From assembly GCA_038882975.1 (NCBI GenBank), contig JAVZNE010000003.1:1-64000 (forward strand): a stretch of 64,000 nucleotides of DNA, given 5' to 3'. This DNA is from Candidatus Bathyarchaeia archaeon. Lineage in GTDB: Archaea; Thermoproteota; Bathyarchaeia; Bathyarchaeales; Bathycorpusculaceae. A program made the translations under genes and the position numbers. Below, piece by piece: positions 18,984 to 27,370 of the stretch. The stretch's first letter is position 1. Each line of letters begins with the position of its first letter. Under the pieces are notes generated by a model. That model saw nothing but the letters and a program-made list of their open reading frames with translations, had not been told where the DNA came from and searched no databases.

Positions 18984-20276
18984 TCAAATGTTACACTGTG
19001 CCAAATTAACGCTGTATAGGCATTCGTTGCATGTTGGCGCATTCGCATAGCAGTCAACATCGTTAGTTCTAGTGTAGAAGCATCCTAAAGCCGAGTATGA
19101 GCAGTCTCCACACCAAGGCACGTTTTTAGCCATGTCCCGTCTAACCTCTCTGAAATTGATGTAAGCCTCTCGACGCCAAATTTCTTCAATGCTCTCCTTT
19201 GTTATGTCGCCAAAGATTACCTCACCCACATCCTTTTTGTGAGCGTTGACGTAAACCGGATGGGTGTACATGAATTCTTGACATGGAGAGACTGCTCCAT
19301 CACTTCTTATAACTAAAGTCTCCTTCTCCACATAGGGACACTTTCTTTCCTTGGCATCTGGGTACAAGTTTGGCAGCCTCAAATCAATATGGTATTCATG
19401 TGCAATTTTCTCGCTTTCATTGAAAACCCCTCCTAAACGGGTTGACGCCTCAAGCTTTTCCGCGGAGCTTAAGAGCAGAGGCAGATTAATCCAATACCCC
19501 TTCTTTTCGGCTTCAGTCCAAAAGCTTCTGATAAGCTCTGTGGAGGCTGTCTCCATTTTCACGCCGTAGGCTTTGCCGAAAAGCTCCAAGGTGGATTCGC
19601 GGACAAGGCGCCATCCATATTTTAACGAGGGCTTCAATATTTCAATGGCTGGCTTGCTCAAAGTTAGGTACATGGTTTTGGCAAAAATCTCTCTTGTGTA
19701 TGGCATAACATGGGACACTATTACATAATCAACTCCTTTCTCAGCCGCAAACTTGGTGAGTTCTGGAATTTCTGAAAAGTTATCTTCCATAACAACGGTT
19801 TCCAAACCTAACCTAAAATCTCTTTTAGCTCCATCCTTGCCTTTGGCAAGTCTTTCGATGTTGCTGGCTATTAATTTGAAGTCGGAGCCCCCTCTTAAAA
19901 GGCTTAGCCTGGTTTGGCTGACGGCATCTACAGAGAAGGATATGGAGTCTACGCCTATTTCCTTTACAATTTTGCTGGCGATTTCTGGACCTATCTGCGA
20001 GCCGTTTGTGCTTACTATAATTTCTCCATCGTCTGAAAGGCTCTTTCTGGCTATTCGGAGCATCTCAAGAATTTGCGGGTGGATGAAGGGCTCACCAAAG
20101 CCGTAAAGCACAAGCCTCTTCAAAGATGGGAAACACGATTTTGCAATTTTCCTGTATAGGGATAGGTCCATGTCTAATGGTTTCGCGTTCCAAACATGCC
20201 TAATGCACATTTGACATTTAAAATTGCACCTATTTGTAACTTCTATCTGCATTGCTACTGGGAACTCATCACTCAT
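18984..20276 (-). CDS. Radical SAM/SPASM protein, putative tungsten oxidoreductase maturase
   Basis: CNFKCQMC, YGFGEP, C-terminal Cys cluster (CPY...PC...PWCGDC...C...DC...CNEC...C); co-oriented with moaD and aor. Confidence 0.85.
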   Translation of the reverse strand: MSDEFPVAMQIEVTNRCNFKCQMCIRHVWNAKPLDMDLSLYRKIAKSCFPSLKRLVLYGFGEPFIHPQILEMLRIARKSLSDDGEIIVSTNGSQIGPEIASKIVKEIGVDSISFSVDAVSQTRLSLLRGGSDFKLIASNIERLAKGKDGAKRDFRLGLETVVMEDNFSEIPELTKFAAEKGVDYVIVSHVMPYTREIFAKTMYLTLSKPAIEILKPSLKYGWRLVRESTLELFGKAYGVKMETASTELIRSFWTEAEKKGYWINLPLLLSSAEKLEASTRLGGVFNESEKIAHEYHIDLRLPNLYPDAKERKCPYVEKETLVIRSDGAVSPCQEFMYTHPVYVNAHKKDVGEVIFGDITKESIEEIWRREAYINFREVRRDMAKNVPWCGDCSYSALGCFYTRTNDVDCYANAPTCNECLYSVNLAQCNI

Positions 20277-20296
20277 GAGGATGCTTTCCTTGCAAT

Positions 20297-20584
20297 TTAG
20301 CCCCCAGCTAAGGGTGGAAATATGGCTATTACATCATTGTCTTTTAGGGTTATCTCTCCTTCCAGGTCTTTGATGTTTCTCCCATTAACCATAATAATCA
20401 TGTCGTCTCTAACTTTTCCTCGCTTTCTGTCGTAAACATCGTCGACAAATTCTGGTCCTAGAATTTTAGATGCGTTTTCAATCATGTTTGGAAGGGTTCC
20501 ATCACAAGCGACGGTGAGCTCTCTAATTTTGTATTTGCTGCGCAACGTTGCGAAAAGAACTATTTTTACGGATGCCAAAGCCAA
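20297..20584 (-). CDS. moaD: MoaD/ThiS-family ubiquitin-like sulfur carrier
   Basis: FATLR, VNGRNI, C-terminal FPPLAGG. Confidence 0.9.
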   Translation of the reverse strand: MALASVKIVLFATLRSKYKIRELTVACDGTLPNMIENASKILGPEFVDDVYDRKRGKVRDDMIIMVNGRNIKDLEGEITLKDNDVIAIFPPLAGG

Positions 20585-20632
20585 GCGCTTCCAACAAAAT
20601 AAAGGGGAGAGTAAAGGGGAATTTCTGCTTTT

Positions 20633-22480
20633 CTAAAGTTCTATTTCAAGTTCAGCCAGCTTCTCTTTGGTTGGGACGCCGTTAACCCAGCCGCGGAGCT
20701 TGTAATACTCTTCCTTCATTTTTTCAAGTTCTGTTATTTGGCCTTTTGCTGGTCCTTCTGGCATGGGCTCTTCTAACAGGCGTCTTGGCAGTGTGTCGTC
20801 TTTCCCGTCGAATCCAAACTTGTTGATTATGACTCTTTCCAGGTTGTAGATGCGCTCTCCAATTTTTAGGATTTCGTCCTCTGTTAAGTCCCAACCAGTA
20901 ACCGCCGATAGAAGCTCTGCATAATCCTTTGTTCCCAAAGCGAAAGTTGTGAATAGGCAGTTTACAGTTGAGTTAACCACACATGTGAAGTCTTGGAATA
21001 TTTTAACCCACTTCGCTTTTCCCTCAACCTTCAATGGGTCAATTTTCTCCGGAATTCCCAAAACTTCGGGTGAAACGGTGTATCCTGTTACGTGGCAGCC
21101 CCCTCTGTTGGCCGTTGCATAGTTCAGCCCTATTCCCTTAATGGCTCTTGAGTCGTAGGCTGGCATTTCAAGGCCTTTAACGCTCATGGAAAGCTCTGGA
21201 TGCCCATAAATCTCGCAGAGCTTCTTCGACCCTAAAGCCAAATATTTTCCGAATCCGGCTTTGTAGGCTGTCCGCCAAACCGCCTCCACAAGGGCTGCAG
21301 CGTTACCAAAACGCAAGTCTAAGCCCTGCAAATCTTCTTGGGGAATATAGCCCTTCTCATTTAGTTCCATGGCGGCAGCTATCGTGGAGCCCATGCTTAT
21401 TGGGTCCAACCCAAACTCATCGCAGTAGTGGTTAGCTTTAACAACTGCATCTAAGTCTTTGACTGCTGTGCTGCTTCCCAAAGCCCAAACAGACTCATAC
21501 TCGGGGCCTTCTGAAGCTAAAACTTGGAAGGGCCCAGACTTGACGCTTGTTACTCTTCCACATCCAATCGGGCAGCCCCAACATGACCTTCGACTAGTCA
21601 AATACTTTTCTGCGAGGGTTTCTCCACTTATTTTCTCCGCGTCTGGGTTCACACCCGTCTGCCAATTCTTGTAGGGCAATCCGCCGGCAGTATTAATTAT
21701 GTTTATGAGGATGGCTGTGCCATATGTCGGCAGTCCAACACCCGTAACAGCGTTATTTTTCATGGCATCCAAACATCTTCTTGAAACTTCGGCGAATTTT
21801 TTAGGTTCGGCAACTGGAACACTTTCTTCTCCAGAAACAACGATAGCCTTCAGCTTCTTAGACCCCATAACTGCTCCTACGCCTGTTCTTCCAGCAGCCC
21901 TATGCTCGTCATTAACTATGCAAGCCATGTACGCCAAATTTTCGCCAGCAGGCCCGATGCAAGCAACACTTGTGTTTTTGCCGCCAACCTTATCCTTCAA
22001 TATTCTGCAAGTGTCAAAAACATTTTTGCCCCATAGACTACTTGCATCCCTTAATTCCGCCTCTCCATTCACAACAGCCAAATACACCGGAGTTTCCGAT
22101 GCTCCCTCAACTACAACTGCGTCAAACCCGGAAAACTTAAGGAAGGGCCCGAACTCCCCACCTGAATTTGCACTCCCAACAGAACCAGTTAATGGCGATT
22201 TCAGCGCCATCACGTGGTATCTGCCAGAAGACGGAAAGCCCGGAACACCGGTTCCTGGGCCCGTTGCAAATATTAAGACGTTTTCCGGGCCTAATGCGTC
22301 AATGTCTTTTGGCGAAATTCCAGCCTTCTCATATTCCTTCAAATATTTGTAGAGGAGGTATACAGCGTAGCCTTTGCCGCCAAGATATTTCCTTGCAACC
22401 TCTTCAGAAGTTGGCTCAACCTTTAAACTTCTAGTGGTCAAGTTTACTCTTAGAATCCTCCCCATATAACCCCTTGGCAT
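20633..22480 (-). CDS. aor: Tungsten-dependent aldehyde:ferredoxin oxidoreductase
   Basis: GRILRVNLT, KSPLTG, CIGPAGE, RAAGRTGVGAVMGSKKLKA, CWGCPIGC, EGPEYE, NRGGCH. Confidence 0.95.
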   Translation of the reverse strand: MPRGYMGRILRVNLTTRSLKVEPTSEEVARKYLGGKGYAVYLLYKYLKEYEKAGISPKDIDALGPENVLIFATGPGTGVPGFPSSGRYHVMALKSPLTGSVGSANSGGEFGPFLKFSGFDAVVVEGASETPVYLAVVNGEAELRDASSLWGKNVFDTCRILKDKVGGKNTSVACIGPAGENLAYMACIVNDEHRAAGRTGVGAVMGSKKLKAIVVSGEESVPVAEPKKFAEVSRRCLDAMKNNAVTGVGLPTYGTAILINIINTAGGLPYKNWQTGVNPDAEKISGETLAEKYLTSRRSCWGCPIGCGRVTSVKSGPFQVLASEGPEYESVWALGSSTAVKDLDAVVKANHYCDEFGLDPISMGSTIAAAMELNEKGYIPQEDLQGLDLRFGNAAALVEAVWRTAYKAGFGKYLALGSKKLCEIYGHPELSMSVKGLEMPAYDSRAIKGIGLNYATANRGGCHVTGYTVSPEVLGIPEKIDPLKVEGKAKWVKIFQDFTCVVNSTVNCLFTTFALGTKDYAELLSAVTGWDLTEDEILKIGERIYNLERVIINKFGFDGKDDTLPRRLLEEPMPEGPAKGQITELEKMKEEYYKLRGWVNGVPTKEKLAELEIEL

Positions 22481-22619
22481 GGGACCACCAGCAGTAAATT
22501 TTCTGCGGCAAAGAGGATTTAATACTTGCCCTCTTCATGGTTTTTCAATGTTTTAGAAAATCTTAATAGCAAAATCAACAAGACCTAAAGAACACTGTAT
22601 TTTGTTATGGAGGGTTTAT

Positions 22620-24386
22620 ATGGCTCGTATAACTGGCGGCGAAGTTTTGAAACGCTGCCTAGTTCAAGAAGGCGTCCGATACGTTTTCGGCGTTCCCGGA
22701 GACCAGCTGTGCCCATTGTTGGACGCCATTTACAAAGACAAGCACATAGAATTCATAACAATGCGCCACGAGGCTGCAGCGGCCCACGCGGCTGATGCTT
22801 GGACGCGGGCGACTGGACAGCCAGGAGTATGTATAGGAACCGTCGGCCCCGGAGCTGCAAACCTTATCGGTGGAGTTTATCCGGCCTTTGCAGATAGCAT
22901 ACCAATAATCGTAATTACTGCTCAAAACCAGTCTTGGCGTTCATATCCAGACCAAGGTTCCCAGCAAGCCCTCGACCAATTAACACTCTTTAAGGCTGTT
23001 ACAAAATGGAACGCCGTGGTATCCCATTGGAAACGCATCCCAGAACTCACCCATTGGGCCTTTAGGATGGCAATGTCTGGAAAGCCCGGCCCCGTGCACC
23101 TCGACTTCCCTTCAGATGTTCTCTTCCAAACGGGAGAGGAAGCGGACCTGGAAATTTTGCCTCCAAATAGTTATAGAGCCATGGAAAAGCCTGTTGGAAA
23201 TTCAGCTCTCATAGATCAAGCTGCAAAAATGCTTGCAGAGGCAAAAACGCCACTAATCCACGCGGGCGGTGGTGTTCTAAGGTCCGGGGCCTCAAAGGAG
23301 CTTATAGAACTGGCTGAATACCTACAAGCCCCGGTTACCACGTCAATGAGCGGAAGAGGCGCTATACCTGAAGACCATCCCCTATGCCTTATCCCAGCAG
23401 CACCGGGCAACGGAGCCATCGTGGCTCAGGCTGAAGCTGACGTTGTTCTCGTTGTCGGCTGCAGGCTTGGCGCCTTAGACATGTGGGGGAAACCGCCAGC
23501 ATGGGGAGAATCACCCAAACAGAAAATCATCCAGATAGACATTTCAGGCGACATGATTGGCTTAAACAGGCCGGTTGATCTTGGGATTGTAGGCGATGCA
23601 AAATCAACCCTTAAGGCTTTATTTGAAGCTGTTAAAAGACACATACCTCCAAGGAAGGAGAATCCCTTCCTTCAGGATTATAAGCGATTAGAAAGGATGT
23701 GGCTTGAAAATTTTGAGGAGATGTCACGTTTGGACACCGTGCCAATCCATCCTCTGCGCGTGGTAAGGGAGGTTAGGGAATTCTTTCCAAGAGATGCCAT
23801 AACTGTTGTTGACGGGGGAAACACGGCTGTTTGGTGCTTCTACCTAAACAGGGTTTACGAACCAAACACGTATATCAGTTGTGTTAGTGGCGATTCTGGA
23901 CATTTAGGCGCCGGCATTCCATACGCCATTGCGGCGAAACTTGTCCATCCAGACAGGCAGGTTTACTGCATAACTGGTGATGGAGCCTTTGGCTTGAACA
24001 TTCAAGAGCTTGAAACTGCAAGCCGCCTCCAACTGCTCATAGTGTTTGTGGTTTTAAATGATTGTGCATGGGGAATGATAAGGGCTGGACAAACATTGTT
24101 CTATTCTGGGAGGCATATTGGAGTTGACTTTTCAGACATAAGGTATGACGAGATTGCAAGGGGCATGAACTGCTACGGCGAAAGGGTTGTGGAGCCAACC
24201 CAGATAAGACCAGCCTTACAGAGAGCTGTGGATTCTGGAAAAACAGCAGTCTTAGACGTCAAAATCGACAGGGAGGTTATACCTCCAGACTTCGCTGTTT
24301 TGGCTTCCATATGGCTTGAAGGATGCGAACTTCCAGAAGAGGAAAAGGAAACGGTGAAAGAAGTAACGGAAATTGTGCAACGCTAA
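22620..24386 (+). CDS. ThDP-dependent enzyme (acetolactate synthase/2-hydroxyacyl-CoA lyase/benzaldehyde lyase superfamily)
   Basis: RHE catalytic Glu, GPGAAN, PGPVHLD, GDGAFG...LND ThDP motif; ATG 22620 follows GGAGG. Confidence 0.9.
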   Translation: MARITGGEVLKRCLVQEGVRYVFGVPGDQLCPLLDAIYKDKHIEFITMRHEAAAAHAADAWTRATGQPGVCIGTVGPGAANLIGGVYPAFADSIPIIVITAQNQSWRSYPDQGSQQALDQLTLFKAVTKWNAVVSHWKRIPELTHWAFRMAMSGKPGPVHLDFPSDVLFQTGEEADLEILPPNSYRAMEKPVGNSALIDQAAKMLAEAKTPLIHAGGGVLRSGASKELIELAEYLQAPVTTSMSGRGAIPEDHPLCLIPAAPGNGAIVAQAEADVVLVVGCRLGALDMWGKPPAWGESPKQKIIQIDISGDMIGLNRPVDLGIVGDAKSTLKALFEAVKRHIPPRKENPFLQDYKRLERMWLENFEEMSRLDTVPIHPLRVVREVREFFPRDAITVVDGGNTAVWCFYLNRVYEPNTYISCVSGDSGHLGAGIPYAIAAKLVHPDRQVYCITGDGAFGLNIQELETASRLQLLIVFVVLNDCAWGMIRAGQTLFYSGRHIGVDFSDIRYDEIARGMNCYGERVVEPTQIRPALQRAVDSGKTAVLDVKIDREVIPPDFAVLASIWLEGCELPEEEKETVKEVTEIVQR

Positions 24387-24451
24387 GCCTCACTAAACTT
24401 TCCCATTTTTCCTAATGTGCCATGGTAAAGAAGGGGGAAAGTGAGGTCTAT

Positions 24452-25618
24452 CTAGAAGTCTACTGTTTTCCCTTCAAACGCGTAGACAAACAGTTTTCTG
24501 TAGTCTTCTGCTGTTGGAACCCTCGGGCTTGCTATTGTGCCAGTAGACCCCATGGCTCTTTCCACAAGATTGTCAAGCTCGCTTTCGAAATCGCTCCGGC
24601 TGATTCCCAACTCCCTTATTGAAGTGGGCTCATCAACATCCTTCAAAAGCCTTTTTAATGCTTGTACAAACTTTTCAAAGGCTTCCTTGTCCGTTTCTGC
24701 TTTGATTCCAAAAGCGTCGGCAAGGGCGCCAAACCTTTCCATCGCTTCCTTCGCCATATACTCAACTGCAAATGTTAAAACAGCCGCCACACTCCTGCCG
24801 TGGGGAATCTTGAATAGGGCACCCAAAGCATGGCCCATAGCGTGGGCAACACATATCTGGGAGTTACTGAAGGCAAGTCCCGCCATGGTGGCCGCGTAGT
24901 GCATTTTCTCCTTTGCCTCCTTGTCTTGGCTGTTGCTGTAAGACCTTGGGAGATGCTCAAAAATCACTTTTATGGCGTTTATGGCTAAAACGTCTGAAAA
25001 ATAGTTTCGCCACTGTGAGACGTAGGCTTCCAACGCGTTTACAAGCGCATCAACACCTGTGTCAGCCACAAGCCTCTTCGGCATAGTGAGGGGGAGTTGG
25101 GGGTCAAGGATCACTATGTCGGCAACCATTTCTTTAGAGGCAAGCTCCATTTTCCTCTTCTCCTTAGCATCAGTGATTACTATTGCCCATGTAGCCTCAG
25201 AGCCTGTTCCACTTGTGGTTGGAATCGCCATAAACCTCGCCTTTTTCCTTAAGCCAAGCTTTAGCAACGGGCTTATCTCGTCAATTTGAATGTCCGGCCT
25301 CTCGTATAATGCCCATGAAGCCTTAGCCGCATCAATGCAGCTTCCACCACCCAACCCAACAATCCAGTCAGGTTCAAAAAGTCCGGCATGCCCCGCACAT
25401 TTGGTTACGGTTTCCCTAGAGGGTTCAGGCTCCACTTCATCGAAGATTTCTACCCTTAATCCTGCCTCTCTAAGGTAGCTTGCAACTTTTTCGACAAAGC
25501 CTAAATCGCGGATAACCTTATCTGTGACTATTAAGGCCTTTTTTCCTTCAATTTCCCTCAAATATTCTAGTGCGCCCTCACCGAAAACTATGGATTTTGG
25601 GGATGTAAACTCCCACAT
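24452..25618 (-). CDS. Iron-containing alcohol dehydrogenase
   Basis: GLGGGSCIDAAK, IPTTSGTGSE, AHAMGH, IPHG. Confidence 0.93.
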   Translation of the reverse strand: MWEFTSPKSIVFGEGALEYLREIEGKKALIVTDKVIRDLGFVEKVASYLREAGLRVEIFDEVEPEPSRETVTKCAGHAGLFEPDWIVGLGGGSCIDAAKASWALYERPDIQIDEISPLLKLGLRKKARFMAIPTTSGTGSEATWAIVITDAKEKRKMELASKEMVADIVILDPQLPLTMPKRLVADTGVDALVNALEAYVSQWRNYFSDVLAINAIKVIFEHLPRSYSNSQDKEAKEKMHYAATMAGLAFSNSQICVAHAMGHALGALFKIPHGRSVAAVLTFAVEYMAKEAMERFGALADAFGIKAETDKEAFEKFVQALKRLLKDVDEPTSIRELGISRSDFESELDNLVERAMGSTGTIASPRVPTAEDYRKLFVYAFEGKTVDF

Positions 25619-25632
25619 GAGAGCTGGAACCT

Positions 25633-26043
25633 CTAAATAAACTCTGTTGGGACCCTGCTCGCGGTTTTCACAAGCTCCGAGGCTGCCTTAGTATACCGCA
25701 TAATCTTAGCCATATTCCCCTTCAACTTGAACTTCCGCATAAGCAAACTCTGAATGGGGTCTAACTGCCCCATTATCAGCTTCTTCCAATTTGAATATGG
25801 CCCTTCATAGATAAACTCAGCAGTTTTGGCTTCTCTGCTGGGCACCATGTAGGCGTCGCGGCACTTGCCATGCCAAAGATCCACATAAAAAACCATCTCC
25901 TTGTCTAAGCCCTCGTCTGGGGCTACTACGAAGAGGAAGTCGCCCTCCCAGTCCTTAGCAGCTTCGGCATAAGCCTCATTTTTGTTAAGCTCCTCCTTGT
26001 AGGCTTTAATCCACTCTTCACCTGGAAACTTAAACTTCTTCAT
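25633..26043 (-). CDS. SCP2 sterol/lipid-binding domain protein
   Basis: FPGEEW...W.GD...GPYSNWKK..GQLDPIQSLL..KFKLKGNM; ATG 26043 preferred. Confidence 0.85.
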   Translation of the reverse strand: MKKFKFPGEEWIKAYKEELNKNEAYAEAAKDWEGDFLFVVAPDEGLDKEMVFYVDLWHGKCRDAYMVPSREAKTAEFIYEGPYSNWKKLIMGQLDPIQSLLMRKFKLKGNMAKIMRYTKAASELVKTASRVPTEFI

Positions 26044-26348
26044 ACGAACCACGAAATATTTGTAGAGAAACATTGAAAAAATTTGTGTTTGCTGGCTTCA
26101 ATAACGTTTCTGTTTATCCCGAGGTTGACTGCGGAAGTGCAACGAAGATACTCTTTACAAAATAGTAGCAAAATTAGGAGAATCTCAAGGCAATCGCCTT
26201 AACATTTTCACTAGCACTTATGGAGGCGATGCCTCCTACGCAGCTTGCATCGTGCACATAGGCCTTAGAAGCCCCATCTTTGGTGGAAGTTGAAGTTTCG
26301 CGGGGGATGTAGCAAAGTTTTTATTTAATGTGATGGTCAGCTTAAATT

Positions 26349-26552
26349 ATGCCAATAATTCATGTATACGTGTGGAGGGGTTTTTCGAACGAGGCTAAGA
26401 AAAGGGTTATAGAGGGTGTAACCAAGATCTTCGCCGAGTTAGGTATACCGTCGGAAGCTGTTGAAGTTGTGATACATGAGGACCCGATGGAAAATTGGGG
26501 AGTAGCCGGACAGCAAGCCAGCGAGAAATTCAAACACGTAAAGATACCTTGA
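26349..26552 (+). CDS. 4-oxalocrotonate tautomerase family protein
   Basis: Pro-1 after Met (MPIIHV), 67 aa, EVVIHE..ENWGVAG. Confidence 0.9.
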   Translation: MPIIHVYVWRGFSNEAKKRVIEGVTKIFAELGIPSEAVEVVIHEDPMENWGVAGQQASEKFKHVKIP

Positions 26553-26839
26553 AAAATAATACATAACAATGCCGCCTCGCAAGCTCTTCAGGCACGTAGG
26601 AAAGCATGGACTGCTGTCGATGACCCCCCAAACAACTATCAGTTCATTATTTTAATCCTCTGAGAAAAAGGTAACTTCAAAAACCCAAAAACCCAAATAC
26701 CTCACAAACTTTTGCATTATTTTGCCCCCCGCATCTTAACGAGGGATTCCAAAAATCCAGCGTAAACCGAACTAAACATAAAATCTGTTTTCATAAGTTG
26801 TGGTCGGGCGGGCAGGATTTGAACCTGCGACACTCCGGT

Positions 26840-26916
26840 TTCTGCACCCTGCACGTGTACGCTTGGTAGGCTGGGTGACGCCCACCAGAACGGCAAACGC
26901 CGCCTATGGTAGGCGT
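26840..26916 (-). other. tRNA-Tyr intron 2 (canonical position 37/38)
   Basis: Central helix CTGT/GCAG, bulges AG^A and AA^A. The flanking exon helix TCCGG/CCGGA forms only after intron 1 is removed. Confidence 0.85.
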
Positions 26917-26923
26917 CTACAGC

Positions 26924-26958
26924 ATCTCCGCCTGCCGGACCCATTGCCCGGGCAAGCT
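26924..26958 (-). other. tRNA-Tyr intron 1 (non-canonical position 30/31)
   Basis: Bulge-helix-bulge: central helix CTTC/GGAG, bulges CG^A and AT^G, inner stem GCTTGCC/GGCAGGC. Confidence 0.85.
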
Positions 26959-27036
26959 CGGAAGCTCTACCAAGCTGAGCTACCGCCCGCCCAGCTAAAT
27001 TCTAGTGGAATAAAACTGATTTATATGTTTCGTGGT

Positions 27037-27240
27037 TCAGCCATGCCACTTAGACTTTTTACAAACCCTAAGCCAGAGGGCACCCCAAATTATGGCGAAA
27101 GCCAGCGTAGTCCAGAAAATAAACAGCAACATTTTAACCGCTTCTGAAGCCGTCTCCTCAAACATCCTTAAGCTCTCCCAAACTAAAAGAGACGCTGAAA
27201 GTTTAAAAGCCAAGTTTCCATGCGCGAAATAAACTTTCAT
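27037..27240 (-). CDS. Possible small membrane protein
   Basis: One strong hydrophobic segment (MLLFIFWTTLAFAIIWGALWL) with basic tail; start uncertain. Confidence 0.35.
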   Translation of the reverse strand: MKVYFAHGNLAFKLSASLLVWESLRMFEETASEAVKMLLFIFWTTLAFAIIWGALWLRVCKKSKWHG

Positions 27241-27370
27241 GTGATCATATTTTGAAAAGGGATATATACCAGCAGCAACAGTAAGCCATTTATAAACAGT
27301 CAGACTAAAACTAAATTACCCTGAAGGGAGAAGGGGAGAAGGCCTCCATCACCACTACCTTCCCAAAATT

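Larger units (their letters stand above)
26801..26989 (-). tRNA. tRNA-Tyr(GTA) with two introns (35 nt at 30/31, 77 nt at 37/38); CCA encoded
   Basis: C1:G72 and A73 Tyr identity. Spliced anticodon arm TCCGG-CTGTAGA-CCGGA. Exons 26989-26959, 26923-26917, 26839-26801. Confidence 0.9.

Noticed and set aside
12605-26800. Integrative element between the two tRNA 3' ends
   Set aside because: No integrase and no duplicated tRNA 3' end found; composition looks host-like.
26840-26916. C/D box guide inside the tRNA-Tyr intron (as in tRNA-Trp introns)
   Set aside because: No RTGATGA or CTGA boxes.
27320-27368. Fluoride riboswitch (GGTGATGGAG on the minus strand)
   Set aside because: Pairing partner and downstream CTGATGAC..CTAC pseudoknot element are absent, and the site lies 3' of a gene.
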